A stretch of DNA of 63,999 bases, the filler included, from Octopus bimaculoides (lineage: Eukaryota): assembly GCF_001194135.2 (NCBI RefSeq). It is 5 parts of 3 records of this genome, joined end to end, with 100 filler letters (N's around TTAATTAATTAA, not from the genome) between each part and the next. Parts side by side here need not be neighbours in the genome. Positions count along the whole stretch, not along the records: positions 16,816 to 42,050 come from NC_068985.1; positions 42,151 to 51,824 come from NC_068991.1; positions 51,925 to 61,816 come from NC_068991.1; 2 more parts are not named here. One strand, 5' to 3'. A program made the translations under genes and the position numbers. The notes under the pieces are model-generated. The model worked only from the letters and a program-made list of their open reading frames with translations, did not search any database and was not told the DNA's origin. Of this stretch, positions 40,521 through 52,028 are shown one piece after another (within the stretch, counting starts at the first letter, position 1; each line of letters opens with the position of its first letter).

Positions 40521-42050
40521 TGAAGCAGGTACTGTTCCAGGTACAATGCTTATTATAAGTGCCCAGCAAGAAAATTGCTTACGTTATTTATCACTCATAC
40601 ACCACAGAGACATAGAGTCAGAATTAAACGCCAGTGCACATACTCTCAAAGACAAATAGAATTTTTAATGAATATATCACCGGGTCTTTACAATGACACA
40701 GATGTATTTTCTTTCCTGAAAACTTGTCCAATGAGTTCTATTTATTGCTTCTTAAGCAAACTATTGCAAAATGTCAGATATAATAAAGCTTCGAAATTAA
40801 CCATTTTGTTTTTATTATTTAACAACGTAACAGCTCGTAAAAGTAGCAATCTGACATTTTAGATATGTCTCCTCTTTATATTTAACGTGTAACTGTCATT
40901 TTGAAAGTTTATTTGATTGTTTCGGTTATTGTTTATCTCTTTGTTCGGTTAACTTTTAGATAAAAGAATATATTTTTACTAAACTGCATTAAACGGCAAC
41001 TGTATTTGAGCATGCGAGCGCATATTTGTGAATATATTATTTGTGTTTTATGGCGATGATGTTAGAAATAACAGTAGCATACCGAGGTGAGATTATTCTG
41101 AAATGAGAATGAAAAATTATTTGCCAAAATAAAAGGTCAGGCAATATGTTAGATGACTTGTAATTCGGCTGGAAGAATTTTATTATTTTTATTAAAGGAT
41201 TGTTGGTGGTGAATATAATTCTTAGCACATAGGGGATGATTGACTTTGTCAAAGATTATGTTTTTTGATATTTAACAGCATGTGCTTGGTTTCGAGATCG
41301 TTTCAGTGGCGTAGCCCAGGACAAGTATCGTTTGCTATAGTTACTGGTTGAACAATGTCGGAAAGCAGAATTTTGTAGACATTCCAATACATATTTTCTT
41401 TCTGCAGTTATTATCGTTGTTTAGCGTAAGGTCAGCCCTGACGCAGCAAAGGCGTTCAGTTTTCCGTTCAAACCTTGTTTATACAAAAAGCCAAGACATA
41501 TTGACAAGGAGTGATATGTTTGGGTATGATATGAGGGAAATTTCGCTGCTATTTCCATCAGCATGAGTAACCATATAAACACTCTATCATTAACTTGTCT
41601 GTTTTTCGGTTTGAAGAGTTTATCTTGTCCACATTGAGAAAAATCTTGTTCAGCCTCAGCCAAAAACATTTCTCTGTGCCTTCATTGCAGTTTCATTATA
41701 CATTGCAAGATCAGCAAAAGATTAAATGCCAGAATCTAGATGTCTTATCATTTATATACTGACCCGAGCGTGTAGACTAACTGTGCTTTACGAAAAAAGG
41801 TAGATGCTGGTGTATAAAGGTAAGTGGAAATTGGTGTTCCAGACAGCGTGCTTATTATACATGACTAGTCTCAAAGACCTAATTATTTTCTTGAGTTTGA
41901 ATAAACTTGGCTCACTTGTAATCAATCATTAGAGACTAACTTACAGATTTTACGTGTGAAACACGTGAGATGGAGAGATAACCTTACTATACATACACAC
42001 ATACATACATATGCGTGTGTGTTTATATATATATATATATATATATATAT

Positions 42051-42150
42051 NNNNNNNNNNNNNNNNNNNNNNNNNNNNNNNNNNNNNNNNNNNNTTAATT
42101 AATTAANNNNNNNNNNNNNNNNNNNNNNNNNNNNNNNNNNNNNNNNNNNN
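42051..42150. other. Artificial scaffold-join spacer
   Basis: 44 N + TTAATTAATTAA (42095-42106) + 44 N. Confidence 0.95.
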
Positions 42151-43318
42151 TATCACAGAACAAGGGTTTCGCAAGTGGACTGGTAGCAAAAGGATTAAAA
42201 ACGGCATTTTTTAAAAATTTCCTTTTTGTTGGTTGTTTTATCAGGGTAGAAGTGTAAATTCAAATTACTGAACTAAACAGAATTGCAGAATAAATTTACT
42301 TTGCAAAAATTGCAAGGGATAAAAATAAATAAAAAATGGTTGGGAACTCCTGCTCTACAGATTTAGAGAATTATAAAAAAAAAATAATGTTTTGATGTCA
42401 CAGAATGAAGAATTTCAACAGTCAACTCGAAGTTTCACATGGTTCTTAAACTGTACAATAAAAATATGAAACTTTTTCTATTAAAAAAAAAAAAAAAAAT
42501 GTAACATATTGCAATAAACTTATTTATAGCTCTGTTATAATAATAATAATTTTTAAAAATTACAATGAAATAGTACTGGATTTGTCAATTACCATGGCAA
42601 TACTGGGATTCATTTTAACACCAGAAGAAAAATTACAACTTTTTAAGAAAAGTTGGTGATAATCATTAAAAAAAACTGGAATAATATTCAATTATAATTT
42701 TAGGCATTATATGCTCTAATCTAATAATAATTAGGTACTACCACAAGCTTAATTCTATAATCAGGTACCATACACTATAACCTAGAAACTGCTGCTATAA
42801 AATAAAACCAATTTATTGCAAACAGTTCATTCATTTACTTGGTAATGTGTTATGTACCATTTCGTTATTTTATATTTTGATCAACAGGCTTCCAGTTCAA
42901 GTCACTGTCTCATGAGATTTCACTATATAAATTCCAACAAGTTTTACATTCTTATGTAATGGTAGATGTGTAAACCTTGACATAGCAATAAAAACAACAG
43001 TAAGCTATGTTCTGAACAGGGTCAGTAGAGTATAAGAGGCTAAAATTACAATTTAAGAGTAAGATTTATGGAACACTAAACTATCATTTGGATAACATTG
43101 TCTATAAATAGTGATAAATAAATGACAGCAATAGATCATAAAAAAAAAAAAAAAATCAACATGATTCTTAAACTGGGATAGTCAATAACATACTAGCTGA
43201 GGACATTGTGGTAATAAATCTAGCATTTTTATTATTCATGATTAGAAAACAAACAAAAACAAAATTCTTAAAAAAAAATTTTCCTATTGATTGAAAAAAA
43301 AAAAAAAAATGTTCTTAC

Positions 43319-43370
43319 CTCAGTAAACATCACTCCAAACTGACGTTTACATTCCTGATCTCTCAGCACC
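43319..43370 (-). CDS. UBR2: UBR1/2 small internal exon (52 nt, phase 2/0)
   Basis: (G)VLRDQECKRQFGVMFTE vs recalled LLMDLKYKKLFAVRFAK; acceptor tattttctttgaag (AAG), donor gtaag; an in-frame TGA just upstream fixes the 5' boundary. Confidence 0.88.
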
Positions 43371-44168
43371 CTTCAAAGAAAATATACCAAATAACTGTTT
43401 GAGCATTGAACATTCAAGTAGTGGTGATATAAAACACAAAACATCAGTAAATGTACATCATTAACAATATGACACCATGTTCTTAATATTGCAGTCTATC
43501 AACTAATAAAATAGCCACAAAGTTAGTTAAATGATTCATTTATAATGTGATTTGATAGTCAAAAGTTACTGATAACAAGTGTGTATAAACATATATACAC
43601 ACACTGAATTCTAAAATCTGTGCTAAAATTTTAAATGTAAAATATCAGAAAAAATATGAGAATCACTTTGAGACATATACAAATGTGGGTGTTACTTTGG
43701 TATGTGATCTACAAGAGTCAAATTCTACTTTAATATGTGATCTACAAGTTTCATTTATTTATTATGACTTAAATAAAACATTCTTACATTTTTATACATT
43801 TATTTTAAAAAATTAAAATGAAGCAGGTTTGAAACAAGTTTACTAATTTTATGGGTGAATCAAACAAACGGACAAATCAAACAAATGGGCAAATCGAACA
43901 AACATCAGATAGAAAAGTAAAAAGAAGATAATTAAAATTTTTATACATTTATTATTAAAAAGAAATTAGAATGAAGCAAATCTGAAACAAGTTTATTAAT
44001 TTTATCAGTGACTCAAACAAACATCAAGCGTTTTCCTTGTTCTTGCTGAGTATAACTTTTCTCGTAGATCACAATATAAAGTGCAGATCATATACCAAAG
44101 CAGTTTCATGACACGTAGACCACATACCAAAGTAGAACCCATATGTCTGTATGTAAGTATATACCTAC

Positions 44169-44205
44169 CCACTCATCAATAGCTGATGACTTTGTATTCT
44201 GGCAA
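44169..44205 (-). CDS. UBR2: UBR1/2 small internal exon (37 nt, phase 1/2)
   Basis: (I)ARIQSHQLLMS(G) vs recalled UBR2 GARSVYHQLFMSS; strong pyrimidine tract ctttctcttttctag, gtaggt donor; phases fit both neighbouring exons. Confidence 0.9.
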
Positions 44206-44311
44206 CTAGAAAAGAGAAAGAAAATTATTATACATCAATATAACTATTTGGAAGATTCATTCTACATTTACTGTTTCATTGCCTCAATACAAGAAAATAT
44301 GTTTACAATTT

Positions 44312-44352
<41 letters not shown>

Positions 44353-44654
44353 TCTATGCGCTGGTATACAAAGTAAACCTGAAATGGTTTTCCGGTCCTA
44401 TTTTTTTTTTTATTTCATCTATAATTTTACATCTTTAGTTTGCTTCTATATTTGCACAAACTAAGTGGAATGTAAACCTATCTATTATTCAATCTTAGCA
44501 AGGAGTAAAAAAAAAAAAAGGTAAAAGAATTTAAATACAAGTTTTTCTTAAAAATATATCATTTGGGCAGAGAAAATGACACAAAGTGTGGTGAACAAAA
44601 GGACTTAGTTATAGAGTGCCATTAAATGGCAGCAAATATTATGGTAGATCAATA

Positions 44655-44870
44655 AAGCAACGAGCTGGCAGAAACATCAACAAGATGGGTAAAATGTTTA
44701 GTGGCATATCGTCTATCTTGACATTCTGAGTTCAATACTGCAAAAGTCAATTTTACCTTTCGTCCTTCCAAAGTCAACAAAATAAGTACCAGTTGAGTAC
44801 TAGGGTCAATATAATCGACATACACGCACCCCAGAAACTGCTAGCCATGTGCCAAAATTTGAAACCAATA
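44655..44870 (+). mobile_element. SINE family A, old CpG-decayed copy in a UBR intron
   Basis: gagctggcagaaac...ctgagttcaatac...aagtaccagttgag...ccaaaatttgaaacc. Confidence 0.8.
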
Positions 44871-44987
44871 CTATGGTTGATCAATGGACTATTATTTGTG
44901 TTTCCAGTGAAATGGGAGAATAAATAGGAAAAAAATTTTTTATTAAAAGATAACATTACTTTTAACATCATCTTACATACTAGAACA

Positions 44988-45377
44988 GTGGAGGCGCAAT
45001 GGCCCAGTGGTTAGGGCAGCGGACTCGCGGTCATAGGATCGCGGTTTTGATTCCCAGACCGGGCGTTGTGAGTGTTTATTGAACGAAAACACTTAAAGCT
45101 CCACGAGGCTCCGGCAGGGGATGGTGACGAACCCTGCTGCACTCTTCCACCACAACTTTCTCTCACTCTTACTTCCTGTTTCTGTTGTGCCTGTAATTCA
45201 AAGGGTCAGCCTTGTCACACTGTGTCACGCTGAATCTCCCCGAGAACTACGTTAAGGGTACATGTGTCTGTGGAGTGCTCAGCCACTTGCATGTTAATTT
45301 CACGAGCAGGCTGTTCTGTTGATCGGATCAACTGGAACCCTCGACGTTGTAAGCGACAGAGTGCCAACACACAACAC
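44988..45377 (+). mobile_element. Full-length tRNA-derived SINE family C with 13-bp TSD
   Basis: Head ggcgcaatggcccagtggttagggcagcggactc...ttgattccc; TSD acatactagaaca at 44975-44987 and 45378-45390. Confidence 0.92.
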
Positions 45378-45566
45378 ACATACTAGAACATCTATAATAT
45401 AGGTGTATAGTGTGGATTACATATAATGCAAAATATGTGTGTACTGAGCAACCTAATGATCTCAGCTGGAAGCACATTATGATTCCAAGAGGAATAAAAT
45501 TTTAAGAAAAGCTGCAAGGAGGTGTCAACTGTAATAAAGAAAAAGATTACTGATTAATCAACTTAC

Positions 45567-45665
45567 TTTTCCACAGCTTGGTATCAGCCAGAATCAAACG
45601 CTCCATCAGTGAACCACTTTCAGAAGGCTGCATGGCTAACTTACAAAATAAATATCGCAGCCCAT
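45567..45665 (-). CDS. UBR2: UBR1/2 internal exon (99 nt, phase 1/1)
   Basis: (D)GLRYLFCKLAMQPSESGSLMERLILADTKLWK vs recalled UBR2 DGLRRILCQ...SLVDRLMLSDSKLWK; ctgtag acceptor, gtaagt donor. Confidence 0.95.
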
Positions 45666-46129
45666 CTACAGAGAAATAAACAAAAGATAAAAAAATGGTA
45701 CATGACAATAACAATAAAAATTAATTTCTTAAATCAAGAGAGAGACCTTAAGTCTATATTTAAAATTTAAATGTTAAAATTCAAAATAAAGATTCTTTTT
45801 AAATGGACTGGTAGCTTCTGGCACATCGACTACCCTCAATCTTTACTCTTCATTCATTATACCCACCTCCATTCACTCACTGCCCCTCACTCTCCCCATG
45901 CACTCTTGTAACCTCTCTACCCAACCAGACTCACCATTCTTCTGCCCTCACACAACTCATACCTTGAGGATCCATCCTGAAACCTAATCACCCCTATTTT
46001 TATCTCTTTCCAGTTCCATCCCATTTACTCTTATCCTCTCTTCTATAATGTGAGTGCTCAACAGCAAGAAACCTGTTCTGTTATGGCCCCTATTTTCATA
46101 CCTCTTTTCTCTTCTCTCCTACCATAAAG

Positions 46130-46395
46130 CCATTCCCTTTCTATTATAGCTCCACTCAGTCACACAGGATCTCAGTCTTGCAATCTGCAAGGCAACCTCA
46201 CTAGTATTGGTGCTATAAAAAAAAAAGCATCTGGTGCAGTCTGTAAAGTGGCTGGTGTAAGGAAGGGCATCGAGCCACAGAAACCTTGCCAAAACAGACA
46301 ATGAAGCACAATGCAGTCCTCAGATCTGTTGGATCCTGGCAAACAGTTCAACCTATGCTAACATGGAAGCTAGACATAAAAGAAATGATGATAGT
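46130..46395 (+). mobile_element. SINE 3' portion with RTE-type tail (aagggcatc.agcc..agaaac...atgatgat)
   Basis: Characteristic RTE-partner tail motif ending in (GAT)n; CpG-decayed. Confidence 0.6.
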
Positions 46396-46596
46396 GACAG
46401 ATAATAATCTCAACTGTTGCTATGTCTTTTCTTATAACTGACAAAAACCTTGACAAGAAAGTCACAGAACTCAAAAATTATCAAACCCAGACATGATTTA
46501 ACTTCATATTAGTGAAATAATGCTAAATAAATAACAGAAAACATCTACCACATTGACAACAAGAGGATAAATATAACATTGGTGTTTATACCATAC

Positions 46597-46720
46597 CTGA
46601 TTTAGAAATTATATACTGCAACCATTGAATAGCTTTTAGCGCAAACTTCTGATGGGAAACAACAGTTGTATGCATAACCTGAACCTTGAGAGGTTTGGAG
46701 CTTCCTCGTGATGACATTTG
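46597..46720 (-). CDS. UBR2: UBR1/2 internal exon (124 nt, phase 0/1)
   Basis: QMSSRGSSKPLKVQVMHTTVVSHQKFALKAIQWLQYIISKS; the KPLKVQVMH motif is as in UBR2; ttttgtag acceptor, gtatg donor. Confidence 0.95.
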
Positions 46721-46928
46721 CTACAAAAGAAAAGGCCAAAGAAGTCGGTTATTTTAACAAATAATTAAGCTTGTTCTCAATATAAAAAAAAAATTATTTC
46801 TCTATCTTTCGATACATCTCAATGCTTCTGAAACAAACTTTGTTTACTTTCATCGTAAGTTGAATTTAACGTTCGCGTCTTATGAAGCTAAATTTATAAG
46901 TTCTAAAATTGCAGAAGAATTTGTTACT

Positions 46929-47001
46929 GGGCAGTTTAGCTTAATGGTAAAGCACTTGATGCGTAATCACAGGGATGTGAATTCGAGTCTCATGGCTGGC
47001 C
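46929..47001 (+). pseudogene. Decayed tRNA-like sequence (CGT in anticodon loop, Thr-like)
   Basis: D-arm GCTT/AAGC intact, loop TGCGTAA, B-box TTCGAGT; mismatches in anticodon, T and acceptor stems. Confidence 0.55.
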
Positions 47002-47867
47002 GGTAGCGTATTTTTCTGCAATGTATGAATAATTTATCCTGATCACGCTATTTATTAGCATTATCACGCGTTTGAGAATAAAATAAATTTATTTGTGTAT
47101 CTTTCAATACATCGCAACGCTTCTAAAACAAACTTTGTTTACTTTCATCATAATTGTAGTGACGAAAAAATTCCCAAAAATTTGTTGTTGAGCAATTCCT
47201 GGCATACACCGCCAGAGTTTGAAACCTGCCACAGGGAATATAAAGTAAAGTTGGTGATGCCCTTTATTGTACTTGTCTCAGCTTTTGTTTCCTTTCTTTT
47301 AATATTTGGAGTTTACCGGTCTAAAGACTATTTACAGAAGGAACATGGGAGAAGAGGAACTGCTACAGAGTTGTGTGTGTGTGAGAGAGGGAAACAGTGT
47401 CTGATATGCAAAGGTAATACAATGGACCAGTTTGAAAAGTAGCAGAGGCAGTTAACAGGTTTCTGGACAAAGTAACAGGCAGGAAGAATAGGTGGAAGAA
47501 GGCAAAAGGCCATTTTTGTTGGATAAATTAGCTGAAAAGAGTTCAGTGGTTTCAAGGGAAACCAGCTGTGAAATGCCTTTTCCAATGATTTACAGTGAAA
47601 TGTAAAATTGAAGAACACTGCAATACAGGGAGCTGATATAATTAAAATTTGGTTTAGTGAAATAATTCCTTTTGCCTTGGGTACATAACAATTTTATTGA
47701 AGAAATGAAGATACAGTCCATAAAACTGATCCTAGTAACATAATAAAGCTTATGTTAACCTCGGAGAGGTAAAAAACGAAGTAGATAATGCAGACAATCC
47801 CAAACATTTTAAATTCAGAAACAAGAGACATGATATTGAATATTTTAAATCATTTAATTTGGCTCTC

Positions 47868-47993
47868 ACTCTTTACTCTTTTACTCGTTTCAGTCATTTG
47901 ACTGCGGCCATGCTGGAGCACCGCCTTTAGTCGAGCAAATCGACCCCAGGACTTATTCTTTGGAAGCCTAGTACTTATTCTATCGGTCTCTTT
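47868..47993 (-). mobile_element. SINE family B, 3' part (young copy)
   Basis: Reverse complement matches 51725-51824 at about 97 of 100 positions by eye. Confidence 0.9.
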
Positions 47994-48083
47994 ATTTGGC
48001 TCTCTATTTTTTCAACCACCTCCACTGTCCTACTTTATTAAAATAGATTCAATACAATAACTAAAAATAAAATGTATACATAC

Positions 48084-48146
48084 TTCAATATGTTTTCTTG
48101 CTTTATCACAAACGATGAAACCTCCAGTTTTTATACCACTTCTTCC
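48084..48146 (-). CDS. UBR2: UBR1/2 internal exon (63 nt, phase 0/0)
   Basis: GRSGIKTGGFIVCDKARKHIE with tttcag acceptor and gtatgt donor; matches recalled GRRSVRYGDFQYCEQAKSVIV. Confidence 0.9.
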
Positions 48147-49064
48147 CTGAAAGTAGAAATGACAAACAACAAGAGAATAAAACCATTTTTAAAGGCGCAT
48201 TTCAAAGTGGATGATCCAGCTATGAATAAAAGCATGTAATATGTCTGGTTAAAAACCCCTTAAATGGAAAAGAAAGAAAAAACTGAAGACTACCTGTAAG
48301 ATACAAATCTTGCTTCTTCTATACCCATAAAAGGTGTATTTACCAATTATACTAAAATAACCTACAGTACTTCCATCAAATTAAGCGCTTTGATCTGACA
48401 AGCAAGAAAATAGGCCTGAGAAGCTTCGAGAAATATGCAAATAAATCATTTTTTTGATGTGGATACAATCAAAGATAATAGCTTGTAATATATCAAAAGA
48501 ATGATTTAGTTTTGAAGTTTAATATCTCTCAGTTCTTTTGCTCTTCAAAGTCATAAAAAAAAAAACTAAAAGTTAATGAAAATTTATTACTGTTTGGAAA
48601 CAAGACAAATTCCTCATCTGGTGAATATATGTATATAAATAAGAGAATGTGCATTTAACAAAATAGCTTCTATGAGTAAATAAATAATTTACATCATGAA
48701 ACTGCAGCTAAGTTAGAATAAAATGATCTGTTTAAATCTATGCCCTAGATTAAGTGTAGTAGTTCTATACTGCTCAATTGGCTCCACTTTGATTCTTAAT
48801 TCCTGTTTTGATAAAGAAGAACAAGCTTAGTGTTTTATTTAAAAGGACACAATCCTATGCCAACTCATAACTCGTCAAACTTTATTGATACAGTCATTGT
48901 AACTCCTCAGGCCCTCCTTGTAGGATCCACGTGAAACAGCTGGTAGAGGATAAGTATCTACTCGACTGACAGATGTTATGATTAGAAAAGTGTCATGTAG
49001 TTTGATATTAAACACTACACCAAATTCATTCAGAAATATATTACACACAGATTTCTGACATGCA

Positions 49065-49200
49065 CACACAGCTGTTTGGCTGATGTCCACTTTGCAACCA
49101 TGTGGTTTCAGGTTCAATCCCATGGGTCTGCGCCTCAGGCTAGTGTCTTCTACTATCACTTTGAACTGAGCAATGCCTTGTGAGTTTGGTAGACAGAAAC
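49065..49200 (+). mobile_element. SINE family B, degenerate 5' part
   Basis: caaccatgtggtttcaggttcaatccc...gtcttctactat...ccttgtgagtttggtagacagaaac. Confidence 0.7.
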
Positions 49201-49411
49201 AGTATTAAGTCTTCTACAAAAGGGAATGAATGACAAGAAAAATCATCATATCTATGGCAGCCATTTGTGTAAAATCTGAATGTAATAGGCAAAAACCAAA
49301 AATGTATTTGAAATCAGCATTAAAAAAAAAATGGTTCAGAATCACCTGTAAGTGGACAATCATCATTTACTTCATTAAAAAATGCAGGCTTATGTAATTA
49401 AAACAACTTAC

Positions 49412-49489
49412 TTCTCGGTCAACAGTTGTAGAAAAGTCTGCTGCTTGTTTTGCTGAGCAGTCAACTGCTTTTTGAAGTGTATTGATCAC
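49412..49489 (-). CDS. UBR2: UBR1/2 internal exon (78 nt, phase 0/0), N-domain
   Basis: VINTLQKAVDCSAKQAADFSTTVDRE with tgtag acceptor and gtaagt donor; matches recalled UBR2 VIYTLQKAVNCTQKEAIGFATTVDRD. Confidence 0.93.
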
Positions 49490-50267
49490 CTACAGTGGAC
49501 AAGGCAACAAGAGGGAGGACATTAGTAAAACCGTAGACTTTTAGGCCAAAGTTATTAATACAGTTTAATGTTAATCAAAAGATAAATTTGAAGAATTAAT
49601 TACTTTCATAAAAAAAAAACCTAGAAATATTTGAGTTTTGTAATGTTATTAGAACTTTCATTAAGTTATCTGTCAAATACTAGACAGTAGTCAAGTATAT
49701 ATGTTACCCTAACAAGGTCTCTCATGTTAAATCTACCATATGGAAGTGTATACACAAGTATATTTTAATCCTACTATATTCCTTTATTGATCTTTCCATG
49801 AGAGAGCTTATGAGTGTACTGTCGAGACAACCTTGAAGCTCCTCTTTAATTAATCCAGGTTTCAGCTTCTTAGAGAGAACCGCCCTCTGCACATATCCTG
49901 AAGAAGGCCAACCTTGTTGATACTGAAATACTCCATTGCCAGATGTTCTGAAGCTTGTTACAGACACTCTAGTACACTTGTAACACTGTACACTGTAGTG
50001 TTGTAACTATACATACTGTATTATTTTAATATCATATGAGGGCAGCAAATTGGCAGAATTGTTACCATGCCAAAATAAATGCTTAGTGATCTTACGTTTA
50101 AGTTCAAATGCTGCCGAGACTGATGTAATTGGTTTAACCCCTCCCCCACAATGGTTGGTCTTGCAATTTGAAATTAATATCATATGCTCTGGATCTGTAA
50201 TGCATACTGCCGTGGGTGTTAAGATATTAAAGACATAACCAAATTTCCAGTATTTTGAGCTACTTAA

Positions 50268-50486
50268 CCTTTTTGTTACCATATTTCTGTTGAGATGGTC
50301 TGTGTTTCTTTCAATTAATTTTAAATATAAAGAATTTAGTAAAATAACTTAGTTATCATTAAGCTAGTATTAGGAACATCAATTGTGACTAAGGTTTGGT
50401 GGAAGATTTTAATTCAGAACTTTTGAGACCAAGACATTTGTACTACAGAGCCAGAGGTAGTTTCAGTTGGGTTAGTATCAAAAGAG
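50268..50486. mobile_element. piggyBac-type MITE (about 219 bp) with TTAA TSD
   Basis: TTAA|cctttttgttacc ... ggttagtatcaaaagag|TTAA imperfect TIRs. Confidence 0.7.
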
Positions 50487-50582
50487 TTAAAGCATATCAA
50501 TTGTCCCAAATTAATAGCTGTAATTTTCTTCATTAGGATAACTACTCACTTTATCAGTTCATGGGAAAAACTGCACACTTAC

Positions 50583-50777
50583 TTGGTCGAATGTGTGCAA
50601 CTCATCATTAAAGAGAATGGTGACAAATAAATCATCTGGCTCGCCATCAGGTCTGAGATCAAAGGGTAGACTGTCGTAGGTCTCCCAAGTCATCATATCT
50701 ATAGAATACTGTAGCACAGAAATGAAGAGATCGCTGGCACGGGCTATTAGTTCATCAGGAAGAGAAGCAAGCCGATC
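50583..50777 (-). CDS. UBR2: UBR1/UBR2-family N-recognin E3 ubiquitin ligase, internal exon (195 nt, phase 0/0)
   Basis: Manual translation DRLASLPDELIARASDLFISVLQYSIDMMTWETYDSLPFDLRPDGEPDDLFVTILFNDELHTFDQ. Flanked by acceptor ctgttctag and donor gtaagt. LFNDExHTxxQ is the start of the ClpS-like N-domain of UBR1/2. Invertebrates have one UBR1/2 orthologue, so the symbol is approximate. Confidence 0.93.
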
Positions 50778-51457
50778 CTAGAACAGAAGGGAAGTTAAAA
50801 AAATTTTTTAAATTACTTCAATGCTTTCAACAAAGTTACAGCAACAAATACAGCCAAATAGAGAGTATATGTGGTAGCTAAAATCTATCAGAAATAGGAG
50901 GTTGAACAATCAGCTTTAAAAAAGGAAAGACAGAATGGATAATGTACTTCTAGATGTGTTATGACTGAAATTAAGACAAAGGCTGCCAGTTGCAGGCAGT
51001 CCTATGGCTAAACAATGATGATGACAATGTCTCAATTAGACTGCTAATTACACTAATTTATCTAGTATAATACATGCAATGATAAAAGAGGTGAATATGT
51101 AACCTTATAACTCCAGAATCCATTTAATCGTTTGTGAGGCAGGATCAAACTGCTGGACTTGTCTAATCTATGTCAGTGAGGNNNNNNNNNNNNNNNNNNN
51201 NNNNNNNNNNNNNNNNNNNNNNNNNNNNNNNNNNNNNNNNNNNNNNNNNNNNNNNNNNNNNNNNNNNNNNNNNNNNNNNNATAACAATGATGAATAACAT
51301 GTTGTATTTGCAAAATGCAAGTGTGGCTAAGATATTCATCTATGAATCTGAAGACCATAAGTTCAAATCCACTGCAATCCTTTCATTCTGTTTCTACACA
51401 GAATGCCCCCCACCCCAGGTTACTTAACTGTAACAAATAATTTTCTGAAGAAGTTAT

Positions 51458-51824
51458 AGGCGCAGGAGTGGCTGTGTGGTAAGTAGCTTGCTTACCAACC
51501 ACATGGTTCCGGGTTCAGTCCCACTGTTTGGCATCTTGGGCAAGAGTCTTCTACTATAGCCTCGGGCCAACCAAAGCCTTGTGAGTGGATTTGGTAGACG
51601 GAAACTGAAAGAAGCCCGTTGTATATATGTATCTATATGTTTGTGTGTCCGTGTTTGTCCCCCCAGCTTCACTTGATGACTGATGCTGGTGTGTTTAAGT
51701 CCCCCGTAACTTAGTGGCTCAGCAAAAGAGACCGATAGAATGAGTACTAGGCTTACAAAGAATAAGTCCTGGGGTCGATTTGTTCGACTAAAGGCGGTGC
51801 TCCAGCATGGCCGCAGTCAAATGA
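51458..51824 (+). mobile_element. Near full-length tRNA-derived SINE family B
   Basis: A-box tggctgtgtggt, B-box ggttcagtccc, body and 3' part shared with other copies; cut by the spacer. Confidence 0.92.
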
Positions 51825-51924
51825 NNNNNNNNNNNNNNNNNNNNNNNNNNNNNNNNNNNNNNNNNNNNTTAATTAATTAANNNNNNNNNNNNNNNNNNNN
51901 NNNNNNNNNNNNNNNNNNNNNNNN
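51825..51924. other. Artificial scaffold-join spacer
   Basis: 44 N + TTAATTAATTAA (51869-51880) + 44 N. Confidence 0.95.

Positions 51925-52028
<104 letters not shown>

Noticed and set aside
41407-41525. Strong acceptor at 41406 with possible donors at about 41424 or 41523
   Set aside because: Several alternative readings, none recognisable or linkable to other exons.
43371-43410. Upstream KQLF-like sequence as an extension of the 52-nt exon
   Set aside because: In-frame TGA precedes the exon, and HQLL is supplied by the 37-nt exon.
45450-45530. Acceptor-like tattacag 38 nt below the 45567 donor
   Set aside because: The intron would be implausibly short, and the true next exon is at 44169-44205.
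46929-47001. Functional tRNA genes at 46929 and 59829
   Set aside because: Several stem mismatches; reported as pseudogene-like only.
49722-49967. 81-aa ORF on the UBR strand as an alternative UBR exon
   Set aside because: No resemblance to UBR, no convincing splice sites, and the flanking exons already join in frame without it.
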